A stretch of 60,000 nucleotides of DNA, from the NCBI GenBank assembly GCA_044892525.1, contig CM097885.1, forward strand, positions 34,784,001-34,844,000. The letters are read 5' to 3'. Source of the DNA: Schmidtea polychroa. Lineage: Eukaryota. The notes beneath the pieces are model-generated. The model was given only the letters and a program-made list of their open reading frames with translations, made no database searches and had not been told where the DNA came from. This document shows, piece after piece, positions 1 through 15,533 of the stretch. The stretch's first letter is position 1. Each line of letters starts with the position of its first letter. The position numbers and the translations under genes are program-made.

Positions 1-589
1 GCATGGTTGTTATCAATGTATAATTTTGTTTAATAAATGTAAGTAGTATGATTGGAGCCCGCCCGGCCACATATAACCCCTCCCCCCCCCGGGAAATTTT
101 TTTTTTTAGAACGATGCCACATATTTTTAGAACTATTACGTAATCAATGCCTAATATTTATAGAACGATGCCTAATATTTTTAGAACTATTACGTAATTT
201 TTTAAATTAATTGGCCGGGCGGTGACCTACTTTTTTTCTTCCCAAAAATTAATGTTCCCACCAACAGATTTTATTGAACGATACCTCATCTTAAACCTCA
301 GTCCAAGACCTTTCGAATGAGCTATAGGTATTTTATATATCTTTAATAGTTTTAATGTTATTAACAATTGATGACCACCATCTTTTCAACGTTAAATTAT
401 TATTATTATTCAAAATATTATTAATTGGCCCAGCGGTGACCTACTTTTTTTTCATCCCAAAAATTAATGTTCCCACCAACGGATTTTATTGGACGATACC
501 TCATCTTAAAGCTCAGTCCAAGACCTTTCAAATGAGCTATTGAAGGTATCATCATCATTAATATTAACAAAGAGAATGACTCACTCAAC

Positions 590-1270
590 GATGCCTATTA
601 TTTTTAGAATGGTACCTATTATTTTTAGAACGATGCCTAATATTTTTAGAATGATTACGTCATAATTTTAGAACGATGCCTAATATTTTTAGAACGATGT
701 CTATTATTTTTAGAATTATTACGTCATAATTTTAGAATGATGTCTAATATTTTTAGAACGATGCCTAATATTTTTAGAATGATGCCTAATATTTTTAGAA
801 CGATGCCTAATATTTTTAGAATGATGCCTAATATTTTTAGAACGATTACGTCATAATTTTAGAATGATGCCTAATATTTTTAGAATGATTACGTCATAAT
901 TTTAGAACGATGCCTAATATTTTTAGTACGATGCCTAATATTTTTAGAATGATTACGTCATACTTTTAGAACGATGCCTAATATTTTTAGAATGATGCCT
1001 AATATTTTTAGAACGATGCCTAATATTTTTAGAATGATGCCTAATATTTTTAGAACGATTACGTCATAATTTTAGAATGATGCCTAATATTTTTAGAACG
1101 ATTACGTCATAATTTTAGAATGATGCCTAATATTTTTAGAATGATTACGTCATAATTTTAGAACGATGCCTAATATTTTTAGAATGATGCCTAATATTTT
1201 TAGAACGATGCCAAATATTTTTAGAATGATGCCTCGTATTTTTAGAACGATGCCTAATATTTTTAGAACT
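590..1270. repeat. ~21-bp subterminal tandem array of element A (left TIR)
   Basis: Units TAGAA(C/T)GATGCCTAATATTTT interspersed with TAGAA(C/T)GATTACGTCATAATTT. Shorter copy at ~5425-5640, inverted copy at ~15560-16185. Confidence 0.95.
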
Positions 1271-1303
1271 ATTAATTTTTGTTTTAATTTGTTTAAATCG
1301 TTG

Positions 1304-1335
<32 letters not shown>

Positions 1336-1344
1336 CCATTATTA

Positions 1345-4300
1345 TTATCCATACAGGTTGTTGATGTCAATATACAACAACTCTGTATTTTCATCACTAC
1401 TAACAAAATGTTTATTCACAAACGTTATCCCACCTCTAATCCCACCTTCAAAGAAATTATACATTTCCATGTCGGTGAGAAGCTCAATCGGTTTATCAAG
1501 ACTTAACAAAGCAGAACTCCAAGAAAGACTGGGGATACCTAGGAAATTCAAAGGCTCAAGCCTATTATGAGCAACACTCTTAGCTCGGAATTGCTGAAAA
1601 AAGTCAGCCAACAGAAATACATCTAATTTCAAATAGACCATCATATAATCCAAAAGGGAATTACATGATGTCTCTTGCCAGATTAGTTTTGCTTTATTGT
1701 ATTCATCATCGGATACATCACTCCATTTAGGGGGCAATTCTAATGTAGAAATTAATACATCAAGGGAAGTTGCTACATCATAAGGGAAAATCCCTTTACT
1801 CTTAATAATAGACCCTCTAAACTCAGATTCTGTCAAAGGTAATGTGTTAAGGGTTGAGACAGCATTTTTCAAAGACGAATTTACAAACTGACAAGAATCT
1901 ATAAATTTCACAGTCAGGGAATCAATATGCACAAAAAGAGATAAAAATTTTTCACTTGTCACCGGTATACAAGAAATATGCCAGGACTTATATTTAGCCA
2001 AGCCAAATTTGAGGATATGATGGAGATCATACCCTCTCAAATTATGAAAGACTACAGGTAGTGTGTGGTATATTTTCCTGGAAAGATTACAAGTGTTGCA
2101 AGCAGCACCAAGGAATTGACCGGTAAAGTGATCATGATCCCTGACTGGTTTAACTAATAATTTTTTACACAAATGACAGTTTGTGCTGTTATTAAAATTA
2201 ATTTGGTCATTTTCTGTGAATATCATTTTCTTATTTTTATTTTTATAATAATAGGGAGTTACAATCTTTTTAGCGATATCATTAATTTCTTTTAAAAATT
2301 CGTCTATACAAGAAAGGCCTATGAATGATTTATAAAATTTTGCGCCTGTATTATTATTTATACATAAAAGTCCAGCCGAAATGGGTAAATGTTTCTGATA
2401 ATATTTAGAATCTTTAGGAAGGATTGCCTCAAAATCGGCATAAATAACAAAAGGAGGAGTAATCATTTTACTATAGTCTGTGAATTCTAATAATGGATCT
2501 TTTGGTAGTGTGTACATTGTGGTTCCTAATTGGTTTCGTTCACAAAGACCTTGATGTTTAATAAAACTATCTTCAAATCTGAATCCATTCAGACATCTAG
2601 GACACCACTTACAGTAAATACGAACAGAACTTATTGATGAATTTCGGCAATTAAGAAAGATGTTTAAATCAGATATAGCGACGTAATGGTAGGTTTTCCG
2701 ATTCTGTAATAATAACAAATTTAGACAAGTACCTCCTACTATTTTACTGCGATAAATTATATCTATAAAAGGATGTTTCATGATGGGACCCGAAATTAAC
2801 CCAGTTTCGTCATAACTTAAAACATTAATTGAATAACCTGGGTTTTGTCGTTCAAATTTTGAGATATTTGATAATTTCATTGGCATATCTGCCGGGTTAT
2901 ATATCAGATCTGAAAGGTTATAAGAACTAGGCAGATGACGCAATTCATCAGGAGTACTATCATATTTTATAAGAGCCAAAACCGAGTAAAGGAAACAAAA
3001 TTCGTCATCATTATTTACATTTATTATACATTTTTTCCTGATTAATGTTTTCGGGGTTTCAATATATTTACGACCACTCAACCTACTAATCTTTGAATAT
3101 TTTGTCACAATAAAACTAATGTATTATATTTTGTTAATGGTCCAATTACTTCCCTTTTCATTTATTTTACTAATTTTTTCATTTAAAAGAGAGATACCAT
3201 CATCAATAAATGTGTCGCTCCATACACGAGCAGAGTTTGAGATTATGAAAGACTGAAATTCATCATTTTTCTCAAACTCTACTTTAATACAAAATTGAAT
3301 TTTTACTGATTTCATTTTATTTACAATTTCTAACAATTTTTCTATGAGAACGTCAGGAACAGAAAGAATTTTACAATTCAAGGAAGATATATCCAACTTA
3401 ACTATTACATGGGAACTATTCAGGTCGGAAACTACGTCGACTATACCACTACCTACTTGGGGTACAACATCACTATTTTCAAATTCACTATTTTCAAATT
3501 CACTATTTTCAAATTCACTATTTATAACTTCACTATTTATAACTTCACTATTTACAACTTCACTATTTACAACTTCATTACTTACAACATCATCGTCGTC
3601 TTCACTAATGACTATTATTTCTTTCATCTTTTTTGTGGGAATTTCTGTGGGAATTTCTAAATGTCTTTTATTACCTATTATTCCTATTAATCTATTGACT
3701 GTTTCCATTAATTGTCGATTTTGTATCAACATGGCATTAATCATACTTTTGTTGGTGGTCCTATTATTGATTTTTGTTGATGTTTCCATTAATTGTCGAT
3801 TTTGTAAGTTTTCGGTGTTCCTATTATTAGTTGATGATATATATTTTTGATACGCAATTTTGAAAACTGATTTTTTAGAAGGCATATATTGGGTTAAATG
3901 ATTACGATGTTTATCATAAAATTCGGTATATGTCGATGTTTCAAGAGTTTGGCATGTAGGACATAACAAGTATGTTACACTTTTATATTCATGACCATAA
4001 TATTTTTCCATAATATCGTCACAGTCATGATGTGTAGCACTGTTACAAAAGGTTGGATATTTATAACCTATAAAATAAGTAAAATAGTATTATTATCAAA
4101 ATTATTATTATTATTATTATCAAAATTATTATTATTTATTATTACTATATAATCTGAGTTTATACGACAAAATATTCTGTCCCTCCCTTGCTCATAAGTG
4201 TATTATATTTAAATTTATTTTAATTAAATAAAAACATATTCATTTTCTTTATAAAAATTAATTTCATTATTTGTTTCATAACAAAATTGACTTCATACAT

Positions 4301-4686
4301 TTTCTTTATAACAAAATTGACTTCATATTAATTTAAAAAATCATAATAATTTAAAGTAAATTAATTTAAAAATCATAATAATTTAAAGCATATTAATTTT
4401 AAAATTTTAAAAAACCTACATTTAGGTTTCTTGCACGCGAGATTGTGTACAGCATTATTTACTAAAAAATCATAATAATAATAATAATTTAAAAATTAAC
4501 TTTACCATAATTTCCGGAAACATTATTTTCAATTCCATTACTTGCTGAAAAATTATAAGTTCCCGAAACATTATTTTCATTAATGTAGACTAAAATATAA
4601 ATAAAAATAAAAACATATTAAAAAAAAAAATTACCCATACGATTTCTTCGAATCATTTCCTTGATTTCATTTGAAATATTTTGCAT
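1345..4686 (-). pseudogene. 3'-truncated inverted copy of Polinton protein-primed DNA polymerase B
   Basis: ORFs 3124-4011 and 1345-3108 are in the same frame, separated by one TAA. Contains exo motifs YADFE, FHNLRGYD, YLKLDV and endonuclease VII-like RDHDHFTGQFLGAACNTCNL. Stops right after Pol motif A YIDINNLYG at the duplication junction. Confidence 0.92.
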
Positions 4687-4927
4687 TTTGAATAAATGAA
4701 AAAGAATTACAAAAACATAGATTATATATGTAACCTTTATCCAATCAAAATGCAGATAGGATAGAAAAAATTAACGCACACATATTCATGTCTTTGTTTA
4801 AAAAAAGAATGAGTCATCGATGACTCACATAGTAACAAATAATGTCTTTGTTACTCACATAAAGACATGCAATACAAGTGCATGAAATTTGTTGATATGA
4901 ATAATAAAATTAATTAATAATTATAAT

Positions 4928-5056
<129 letters not shown>

Positions 5057-5076
5057 CTTGTGACATTTAATACATT

Positions 5077-5672
5077 AGTAGTATGATTGGAGCCCGCCCG
5101 GCCAGGAGCCCGCCCGGCCACATATACCCCCTCCCCCACCCCCGGAAATTTTTTTTTTTAGAACGATGCCACATATTTTTAGAACTATTACGTAATCAAT
5201 GCCTAATATTTATAGAACGATGCCTAATATTTTTAGAACTATTACGTAATTTTTTAAATTAATTGGCCGGGCGGTGACCTACTTTTTTTCTTCCCAAAAA
5301 TTAATGTTCCCACCAACGGATTTTATTGGACGATACCTCATCTTAAAGCTCAGTCCAAGACCTTTCAAATGAGCTATTGAAGGTATCATCATCATTAATA
5401 TTAACAAAGAGAATGACTCACTCAACGATGCCTATTATTTTTAGAATGATGCCTAATATTTTTAGAACGATTACGTCATAATTTTAGAATGATGCCTAAT
5501 ATTTTTAGAATGATTACGTCATAATTTTAGAACGATGCCTAATATTTTTAGAATGATGCCTAATATTTTTAGAACGATGCCAAATATTTTTAGAATGATG
5601 CCTCGTATTTTTAGAACGATGCCTAATATTTTTAGAACTATTAATTTTTGTTTTAATTTGTTTAAATCGTTG

Positions 5673-5700
<28 letters not shown>
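5077..5700. repeat. Third (internal) copy of element A terminus
   Basis: AGTAGTATGATTGG at 5077, preceded by TACATT (reverse complement of the TSD). Carries the doubled GGAGCCCGCCCGGCC found at the right end but not at position 42. Confidence 0.9.
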
Positions 5701-5730
<30 letters not shown>

Positions 5731-6250
5731 TTCTTATTATTTGCAATTATTCATAAAACTTAATTTCTACATCAATTTCATGATTTTCAACATTTTCATC
5801 ATTTGCATGAATATTTTAATATTTTTCAATATTTTTCAATATTTCTTTACTATTATTATTAAATTATTATTTTTACAGTTATTTTGAAAGTTTTTCATCT
5901 TATTATTATTATTATTATTTTCAAAGTTATTTTCAAAGAATTATTATTATTATTTGCAAAGTTCTAATTATTATTTTTTTTTTTTAGAAGTTTCATTATT
6001 ATTATTTACTTACATATTCATAAAACTTAATTTCTACGTCAATTTCAGGATTTTCAACATTTTCATCATTTGCATTTTTTAATAATTATCAATTTTTTCA
6101 TAATTTTCTACATTTTCAATATTTTCACGATTTTCAACATTTTCATGATTATTTCAGGAACTTTTTCATCAAATATTGTTCAAAGTATTATTTTCAAAGA
6201 ATTATTTTCAAAGTTTTAATCAATATTATTATTATTAATATTATTATTAT

Positions 6251-6336
6251 ATATACTCCGAGTTTATCCGACAAGATATTCTGTCCCCCTATGGGTATTG
6301 GTCACAAGGGTACTACTCACAATCAACATGTCGCAA
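6251..6336 (+). repeat. ~85-bp dispersed motif of unknown type
   Basis: TATATACTCCGAGTTTATCCGACAAGATATTCTGTCCCCCTATGGGTATTG...CAACATGTCGCAA. Diverged copies at ~4150-4196, 6718-6803, 8781-8866 and 10620-10716 (reverse), with mirror copies in the right arm. Confidence 0.85.
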
Positions 6337-6358
6337 ATTATTTTCAAATACAATTTCA

Positions 6359-6422
<64 letters not shown>

Positions 6423-6891
6423 GCAAATATTAGTCAAAAACATAAAATATTTTTACACATACACACACAACCCATTAACAATTATTATTATCAATAGTAG
6501 TGAAAACCTAAATATTTTTTATACAACCCATTAAACTTTATTATTATTATTATTATTATTATAATTAGTCAAAAACCTAAAATAATTTTTACACACTAAG
6601 TTATGGGGTAGAGAATTATTATATGTTTGCAATATTCTGTGTTTGCCTTCACGGGAAGTTGACAATAATTTTACACACACACATTCTATATACACATACC
6701 TTGTTTAACATGGGTGTATATACTCTTAGTCTATCCGACAAAATATCCTGTCCCCCTATGGGTATTGCTCATATGGGTACTAGTCACACTCAACATGTCG
6801 CAAGGGTTTTCGAGTTTAAAGCATATTATGGTTTATTAAGGTTAGTAAATAAAACTTATAACACCTACTATTTTAATAATATTTAAACGAT

Positions 6892-7091
6892 AAAAATCAA
6901 GACAAGAGAGGACAAGGCAAAGTTTATGCATTTAGTATTGCCAGGCCTAATGAGCAGTGACCAAATATCTGTGCCTGAAAGACACGGTGGATATTTGTTC
7001 GCGTCCACAAGGGTCGTCTGTGCCTCCCCCAAGTGGGGTCAGAAGAACCTGGGCATTATAGCTTTCCGTACGGAACATTACGCCTAGCATG
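6892..7091 (+). ncRNA. Candidate structured RNA (three consecutive long hairpins), family unknown
   Basis: GC-rich island in AT-rich DNA with stems CAAATATC/GATATTTG, AGGGTCGTCTG/CAGAAGAACCT and CTGGGC/GCCTAG. Near-identical copy in unrelated element C. Confidence 0.4.
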
Positions 7092-10000
7092 GGTAGTCAA
7101 CTACCAGCACATTCGAAACGTATAATTTCAAAATACATGCGTCATTGGCACTATAACCAAATTAATTAATGTTTTCACTAACACAAATATATATTTACAG
7201 AGGCCTCCCACCAGTTAGATTACAACCGCCCACCACGACGATCAGCTTGTAAATATATATTAATTAAGGGATAAAAAGGACCCACCCAACCCTATTATAT
7301 TTAATTTACAAATTTTTCTCGCTCTTCTGCTGGTAATCTATCTCAAAATTATCATCTCCATCAGGCCATTTGGAATACATCTTGCAAATTGGACGTATTT
7401 CTTAGTTTCTGATGCGGTGTCAACTATCATTGCTAAAATTTAAAAGCCATTAACTTACAGATGTTATTTATCATTTTATCGTCAGAAATTAAATTCTACC
7501 TGACTATTAGGCAACTGTTATTTGTGGTATACTTTTTCAATGACATTTCCCACCATAAAACACAGATACCTAAATATAATATATTTATTTTAAAGAATTA
7601 ATTCATGTCTTACATTAATAATAATATTCTTCAGGTATGACGAGTACTTTACTTAATTGCTAAAACATCGATTTTTCCCATTTTTCTTGACATTCGTTGA
7701 AAGTTTACATAATTTAAGTAAACATTCATTTTGAAGGACACCCACAATCAGCTAATTCATTTAAAAAATCCAGAACATAACTCCTTTAGTGTTTCACCAT
7801 TTTGTCTGGTTCATCTTCCTCATAATCATATAATTCATGTTTTAATAAGAAATCTCTAAATCTAAAAACTATAACTCCTTTAGTGTTTCACCATTTTGTC
7901 TGGTTCATCTTCTTCATAATCATATAATTCATGTTTTAATAAGAAATCTCTAAATCCAGAACATAAGTCTTTTAGTGTTTCACCATTTTGTCTGACTCAT
8001 CTTCTTCATAATCATATAATTCATTTTCTTCATTACTAAGTAAAATAATTAAAATATTGTAGTAAATTCTTTATTTACTTACTTTATGGATACTAAAACG
8101 AAAGAAATAAAGTTATATCATAATTATATTTAATTAATTTAAATTTAAATAATTTAAATTTAGTATTTAAACATATTTAAACAATTTAGTTATTTAAGCA
8201 TATTTACACATTATTATATAGTATTTATAAAATATTATAATATTATAATTTTATGTATTCTAAATTTATTAATAAATACAGTATAATTTTATATAATATT
8301 ATAATATTATGTACACTTATATATCCTTCATTTAATTTTTTAAATTCAAAAATTTATAATGAAGATTTTTTGAATTAAAAAATATTCTGTTAGTATTTCC
8401 ATGCAGAAAACAACGAATTCAATAATTAAAATCTTAATTTTCATGTTGTTAGGGTTGTGGCCAGAAGTTAATTGCCATCTAATCGTTTGTTCTCAATTTC
8501 GCTCATTTTTGTTCAAAACATTCAGTAGAGTTGTTATCTGGAAAGTTTCTTTTAGCTCAGCTTTCTTTAAACACTCACGGCATTCTTGAATGATGTGACA
8601 CTGGAAATAAATTAACAATGGGTGGTCTTGCATAAATGTTGTTGGTTTGAACTGTTGATTTATTTTAGAAATATGTATATTAAAAACATTTAAGGTATCA
8701 TTCAGTAAAATAATATAGTATTTTTGAGTATTTTTTAGTTGATTTATAAATAACAGTATTTTGATATATCAATAAAGACCATATACTCCTAGTTTATCCG
8801 ACAAAATATTCTGTCCCCCTATGGGTATTGCTAGCAAGGGTACTGGTCACATTCAACATGTCGCAATATTAATCATTTAGAAATTCTTAGGTAATTTAGT
8901 GAGATGATCAGAAATTCGTGAATATTTTAAATGTAACTTTACACTTATGTCGAGCGACTAATTTATTGGTTAACTTTGTAGTCATTTAAAGCAAAAATTA
9001 ATTTATTCATCTAATGTTCGTTACAATAGTTAATAATATGAGAAAACATGGTCATTATTCATTGATAATTTTAAATTCTTTATCATTTGGAGTAAATTTG
9101 TTTGAGGCAAAAATAATTAAAGGAGTCATAATAGAAATATGGTTATCATTTATCCAATTAAGGCGCCTCTTAGTTAGAAATATATATTAAAAAGTAACAA
9201 TTATTTTCTAATTTAATTAGATGATCATTAGACGTAATATATCTTTGCGAGAAATTTAAGATGTTTGAGTAACCAAAACATGGATATTTTGTACGATAAA
9301 TTTATGAATATTGGTTAATTTAGTCATTAAAATAATAATATAATAAGGTAATTTAGGAAAATATCATTTATCCATCCGATAACAATATTCCTTCAATAGA
9401 TATTCAACCGATTTAATTTCTAATTAAAATCATAAATTTCCTTCAAAGATCATTTTTCTTTAGTTGTTTTCCAATTCTTTTAAGTTAATATTTCTCAAGC
9501 TTTGTCAACGATATCCCCAAAATGAATAAAATAACTTCTTAAATAAAAATAATTTAAAGCAATAACCATTGATATCAATTAATTCTAAAGATTTCAAATT
9601 TCTCATTGTCAAAAACAAGTAAATTGATCATTAACCATTAATAAAACCGTGGATAATTAATTAAAACTGGTTCTGAAACATAAATTACTGTGCAACCTCT
9701 AAAACGATATAATTTCACAGGAACTATTCACAGCTGACTATTTCCCTTCAAAATTTGATATTTTACCAATAAGAATATATAAATATTCAAAACATTAACC
9801 GATCCCTCACCAAATATTTCTAGCATTTTAAAAACCCCCTTAAAAATCATATATTACCATCTTAACCTTCACTAAATCCAACCGAATATAATTTCACTCA
9901 CTTGAGCCCTTTAATATATCTTAAAATCCATAGAAATTCTTCAAAATATGAATTTTATTTAATTGTTACAAACATTCTTCCATTGAAATAATTTAGTAGC

Positions 10001-13000
10001 TAAATTCAAAGACCTCAGTAAAAGATCAAAATTCGCTAAAATGAATATTTCCTACAAATATTTCACCACATTCACCATCAAATATCTAATTAGAGATGAA
10101 ATATATTGATAGATCATCGATTCGGCTAATTATAGCCATTATAAAATGATATATCTTTCAAACTAAATCACAAATTTCAGTATATTTTACATTAATTTTC
10201 AAGTAGATTTCAAATATATCATCATCATGATAAAATTAGTTGGTTTCAACTTTAGATTTTCAATATTTTAAAGTATCATCAATGTGTAAATATTCTTAGA
10301 AAAATATATTGATATATTAATTTAGTCAAATTCAATATCATTACAAAGTCATTATCATCAAAATTTATCCTATCACTTGATTATTAACCTCATTAAAAAT
10401 TAATTTTTATTTAAAATTTAAAAACAAGTCAATAAAATATAGCAAATTATCAAGAAATTAATTAAATTTATCTTAGAATTAACACTAAGCCTTAAATATT
10501 CTTTCAATTAACATGAAATTCACAAAAAAAAAATGTTGGTAAAATCCCGCTAACTCTAAAAAATTACCAATGAATTTAACGCCAAATAATAACCAAATAT
10601 TTGCCTAAATAAAACACAGCAGTACCTTTACGATCAGTACCCTTACGACCAATACCCTTACAAGCAGTACCCATAGAGGGAGAAAATATGTTGTCGGATA
10701 AACTCAGAGTATATATAATAAAACGAATTAACTATAACTCCATCAAATTGAATCAGTCAAATTAACACAAATTTTAATAAAAAATCTTATTCTAAAATGG
10801 TAAGCAGCGTAAAATCGAAAGATAACACAGAGATAAAATTAACAATATTATTCTCAGGTGGTAAGAATATTTTATTTTTGAGTCTGTTATCCCTTTATTA
10901 TCATTGTTTACTTTGTGTTTTCATATATTTAAGTAAAGTTAATGGCACACTTTGTTTCGTTCTTAACTTTGAGAGATCTTTTTGATTGAAGACTAATGTA
11001 TCTTAAATTATATTTTAGAATATTTGTTTTAGAAATATTTAATGTAAAATAGTAAATATAATAATTATTAATTCAATATTAAAGGAGTTAATCAAAATTT
11101 AAAATATGAATTATCATAATTGCTCAGTCAAATACCATTTGTTATGTATGTTTTCATTTGTGGATTAAATACTCTATCAAAATAAATGTTTATCACATTA
11201 TTAGAATATTTTAATTCGTTAGTAACTCATATATTAGAAATAATTTTATATATCCTCATCACTTATAGCCCCCAGATTTTCCACTAATCCTATATTATAA
11301 TTATATTCGGTTGGATTTAGTGAAGGTTAAGATGGTAATATATGATTTTTAAGGGGGTTTTTAAAATGCTAGAAATATTTGGTGAGGGATCGGTTAATGT
11401 TTTGAATATTTATATATTCTTATTGGTAAAATATCAAATTTTGAAGGGAAATAGTCAGCTGTGAATAGTTCCTGTGAAATTATATCGTTTTAGAGGTTGC
11501 ACAGTAATTTATGTTTCAGAACCAGTTTTAATTAATTATCCACGGTTTTATTAATGGTTAATGATCAATTTACTTGTTTTTGACAATGAGAAATTTGAAA
11601 TCTTTAGAATTAATTGATATCAATGGTTATTGCTTTAAATTATTTTTATTTAAGAAGTTATTTTATTCATTTTGGGGATATCGTTGACAAAGCTTGAGAA
11701 ATATTAACTTAAAAGAATTGGAAAACAACTAAAGAAAAATGATCTTTGAAGGAAATTTATGATTTTAATTAGAAATTAAATCGGTTGAATATCTATTGAA
11801 GGAATATTGTTATCGGATGGATAAATGATATTTTCCTAAATTACCTTATTATATTATTATTTTAATGACTAAATTAACCAATATTCATAAATTTATCGTA
11901 CAAAATATCCATGTTTTGGTTACTCAAACATCTTAAATTTCTCGCAAAGATATATTACGTCTAATGATCATCTAATTAAATTAGAAAATAATTGTTACTT
12001 TTTAATATATATTTCTAACTAAGAGGCGCCTTAATTGGATAAATGATAACCATATTTCTATTATGACTCCTTTAATTATTTTTGCCTCAAACAAATTTAC
12101 TCCAAATGATAAAGAATTTAAAATTATCAATGAATAATGACCATGTTTTCTCATATTATTAACTATTGTAACGAACATTAGATGAATAAATTAATTTTTG
12201 CTTTAAATGACTACAAAGTTAACCAATAAATTAGTCGCTCGACATAAGTGTAAAGTTACATTTAAAATATTCACGAATTTCTGATCATCTCACTAAATTA
12301 CCTAAGAATTTCTAAATGATTAATATTGCGACATGTTGAATGTGACCAGTACCCTTGCTAGCAATACCCATAGGGGGACAGAATATTTTGTCGGATAAAC
12401 TAGGAGTATATGGTCTTTATTGATATATCAAAATACTGTTATTTATAAATCAACTAAAAAATACTCAAAAATACTATATTATTTTACTGAATGATACCTT
12501 AAATGTTTTTAATATACATATTTCTAAAATAAATCAACAGTTCAAACCAACAACATTTATGCAAGACCACCCATTGTTAATTTATTTCCAGTGTCACATC
12601 ATTCAAGAATGCCGTGAGTGTTTAAAGAAAGCTGAGCTAAAAGAAACTTTCCAGATAACAACTCTACTGAATGTTTTGAACAAAAATGAGCGAAATTGAG
12701 AACAAACGATTAGATGGCAATTAACTTCTGGCCACAACCCTAACAACATGAAAATTAAGATTTTAATTATTGAATTCGTTGTTTTCTGCATGGAAATACT
12801 AACAGAATATTTTTTAATTCAAAAAATCTTCATTATAAATTTTTGAATTTAAAAAATTAAATGAAGGATATATAAGTGTACATAATATTATAATATTATA
12901 TAAAATTATACTGTATTTATTAATAAATTTAGAATACATAAAATTATAATATTATAATATTTTATAAATACTATATAATAATGTGTAAATATGCTTAAAT

Positions 13001-13168
13001 AACTAAATTGTTTAAATATGTTTAAATACTAAATTTAAATTATTTAAATTTAAATTAATTAAATATAATTATGATATAACTTTATTTCTTTCGTTTTAGT
13101 ATCCATAAAGTAAGTAAATAAAGAATTTACTACAATATTTTAATTATTTTACTTAGTAATGAAGAAAA

Positions 13169-13430
13169 TGAATTATATGATTATGAAGAAGATGAGTCAG
13201 ACAAAATGGTGAAACACTAAAAGACTTATGTTCTGGATTTAGAGATTTCTTATTAAAACATGAATTATATGATTATGAAGAAGATGAACCAGACAAAATG
13301 GTGAAACACTAAAGGAGTTATAGTTTTTAGATTTAGAGATTTCTTATTAAAACATGAATTATATGATTATGAGGAAGATGAACCAGACAAAATGGTGAAA
13401 CACTAAAGGAGTTATGTTCTGGATTTTTTA
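13169..13430 (+). repeat. Three ~93-bp tandem repeats in a degenerate acidic coding-like segment (mirror ~7762-8025)
   Basis: TGAATTATATGATTATGA(A/G)GAAGATGA starts at ~13169, 13261 and 13355. Preceded by a GTAAGT...CTTAG intron-like segment (13110-13156). Confidence 0.8.
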
Positions 13431-14100
13431 AATGAATTAGCTGATTGTGGGTGTCCTTCAAAATGAATGTTTACTTAAATTATGTAAACTTTCAACGAAT
13501 GTCAAGAAAAATGGGAAAAATCGATGTTTTAGCAATTAAGTAAAGTACTCGTCATACCTGAAGAATATTATTATTAATGTAAGACATGAATTAATTCTTT
13601 AAAATAAATATATTATATTTAGGTATCTGTGTTTTATGGTGGGAAATGTCATTGAAAAAGTATACCACAAATAACAGTTGCCTAATAGTCAGGTAGAATT
13701 TAATTTCTGACGATAAAATGATAAATAACATCTGTAAGTTAATGGCTTTTAAATTTTAGCAATGATAGTTGACACCGCATCAGAAACTAAGAAATACGTC
13801 CAATTTGCAAGATGTATTCCAAATGGCCTGATGGAGATGATAATTTTGAGATAGATTACCAGCAGAAGAGCGAGAAAAATTTGTAAATTAAATATAATAG
13901 GGTTGGGTGGGTCCTTTTTATCCCTTAATTAATATATATTTACAAGCTGATCGTCGTGGTGGGCGGTTGTAATCTAACTGGTGGGAGGCCTCTGTAAATA
14001 TATATTTGTGTTAGTGAAAACATTAATTAATTTGGTTATAGTGCCAATGACGCATGTATTTTGAAATTATACGTTTCGAATGTGCTGGTAGTTGACTACC

Positions 14101-14300
14101 CATGCTAGGCGTAATGTTCCGTACGGAAAGCTATAATGCCCAGGTTCTTCTGACCCCACTTGGGGGAGGCACAGACGACCCTTGTGGACGCGAACAAATA
14201 TCCACCGTGTCTTTCAGGCACAGATATTTGGTCACTGCTCATTAGGCCTGGCAATACTAAATGCATAAACTTTGCCTTGTCCTCTCTTGTCTTGATTTTT
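14101..14300 (-). ncRNA. Mirror copy of candidate structured RNA
   Basis: Reverse complement of 6892-7091 within the palindrome arm. Confidence 0.4.
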
Positions 14301-14769
14301 ATCGTTTAAATATTATTAAAATAGTAGGTGTTATAAGTTTTATTTACTAACCTTAATAAACCATAATATGCTTTAAACTCGAAAACCCTTGCGACATGTT
14401 GAGTGTGACTAGTACCCATATGAGCAATACCCATAGGGGGACAGGATATTTTGTCGGATAGACTAAGAGTATATACACCCATGTTAAACAAGGTATGTGT
14501 ATATAGAATGTGTGTGTGTAAAATTATTGTCAACTTCCCGTGAAGGCAAACACAGAATATTGCAAACATATAATAATTCTCTACCCCATAACTTAGTGTG
14601 TAAAAATTATTTTAGGTTTTTGACTAATTATAATAATAATAATAATAATAATAAAGTTTAATGGGTTGTATAAAAAATATTTAGGTTTTCACTAATATTG
14701 ATAATAATAATTGTTAATGGGTTGTGTGTGTATGTGTAAAAATATTTTATGTTTTTGACTAATATTTGC

Positions 14770-14836
<67 letters not shown>

Positions 14837-15461
14837 TGAAATTGTATTTGAAAATAATTTGCGACATGTTGATTGTGAGTAGTACCCTTGTGACCAATAC
14901 CCATAGGGGGACAGAATATCTTGTCGGATAAACTCGGAGTATATATAATAATAATATTAATAATAATAATATTGATTAAAACTTTGAAAATAATTCTTTG
15001 AAAATAATACTTTGAACAATATTTGATGAAAAAGTTCCTGAAATAATCATGAAAATGTTGAAAATCGTGAAAATATTGAAAATGTAGAAAATTATGAAAA
15101 AATTGATAATTATTAAAAAATGCAAATGATGAAAATGTTGAAAATCCTGAAATTGACGTAGAAATTAAGTTTTATGAATATGTAAGTAAATAATAATAAT
15201 GAAACTTCTAAAAAAAAAAATAATAATTAGAACTTTGCAAATAATAATAATAATTCTTTGAAAATAACTTTGAAAATATTAATAATAATAATAAGATGAA
15301 AAACTTTCAAAATAACTGTAAAAATAATAATTTAATAATAATAGTAAAGAAATATTGAAAAATATTGAAAAATATTAAAATATTCATGCAAATGATGAAA
15401 ATGTTGAAAATCATGAAATTGATGTAGAAATTAAGTTTTATGAATAATTGCAAATAATAAG

Positions 15462-15533
<72 letters not shown>

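Noticed and set aside
590..1270. CRISPR-like appearance of the 21-bp array and MPNIFR-repeat ORFs
   Set aside because: No unique spacers and no cas genes in a eukaryotic context; the ORFs are by-products of the tandem repeat.
3344..3850. 168-aa and 83-aa ORFs (mirrored at 17953-18459)
   Set aside because: Antisense shadows of the 15-bp NSEVV/NSEFE repeat in PolB.
8880..10600. Possible decayed gene inside element A (similar texture at 42020-42800)
   Set aside because: No frame or motif could be recovered by eye.
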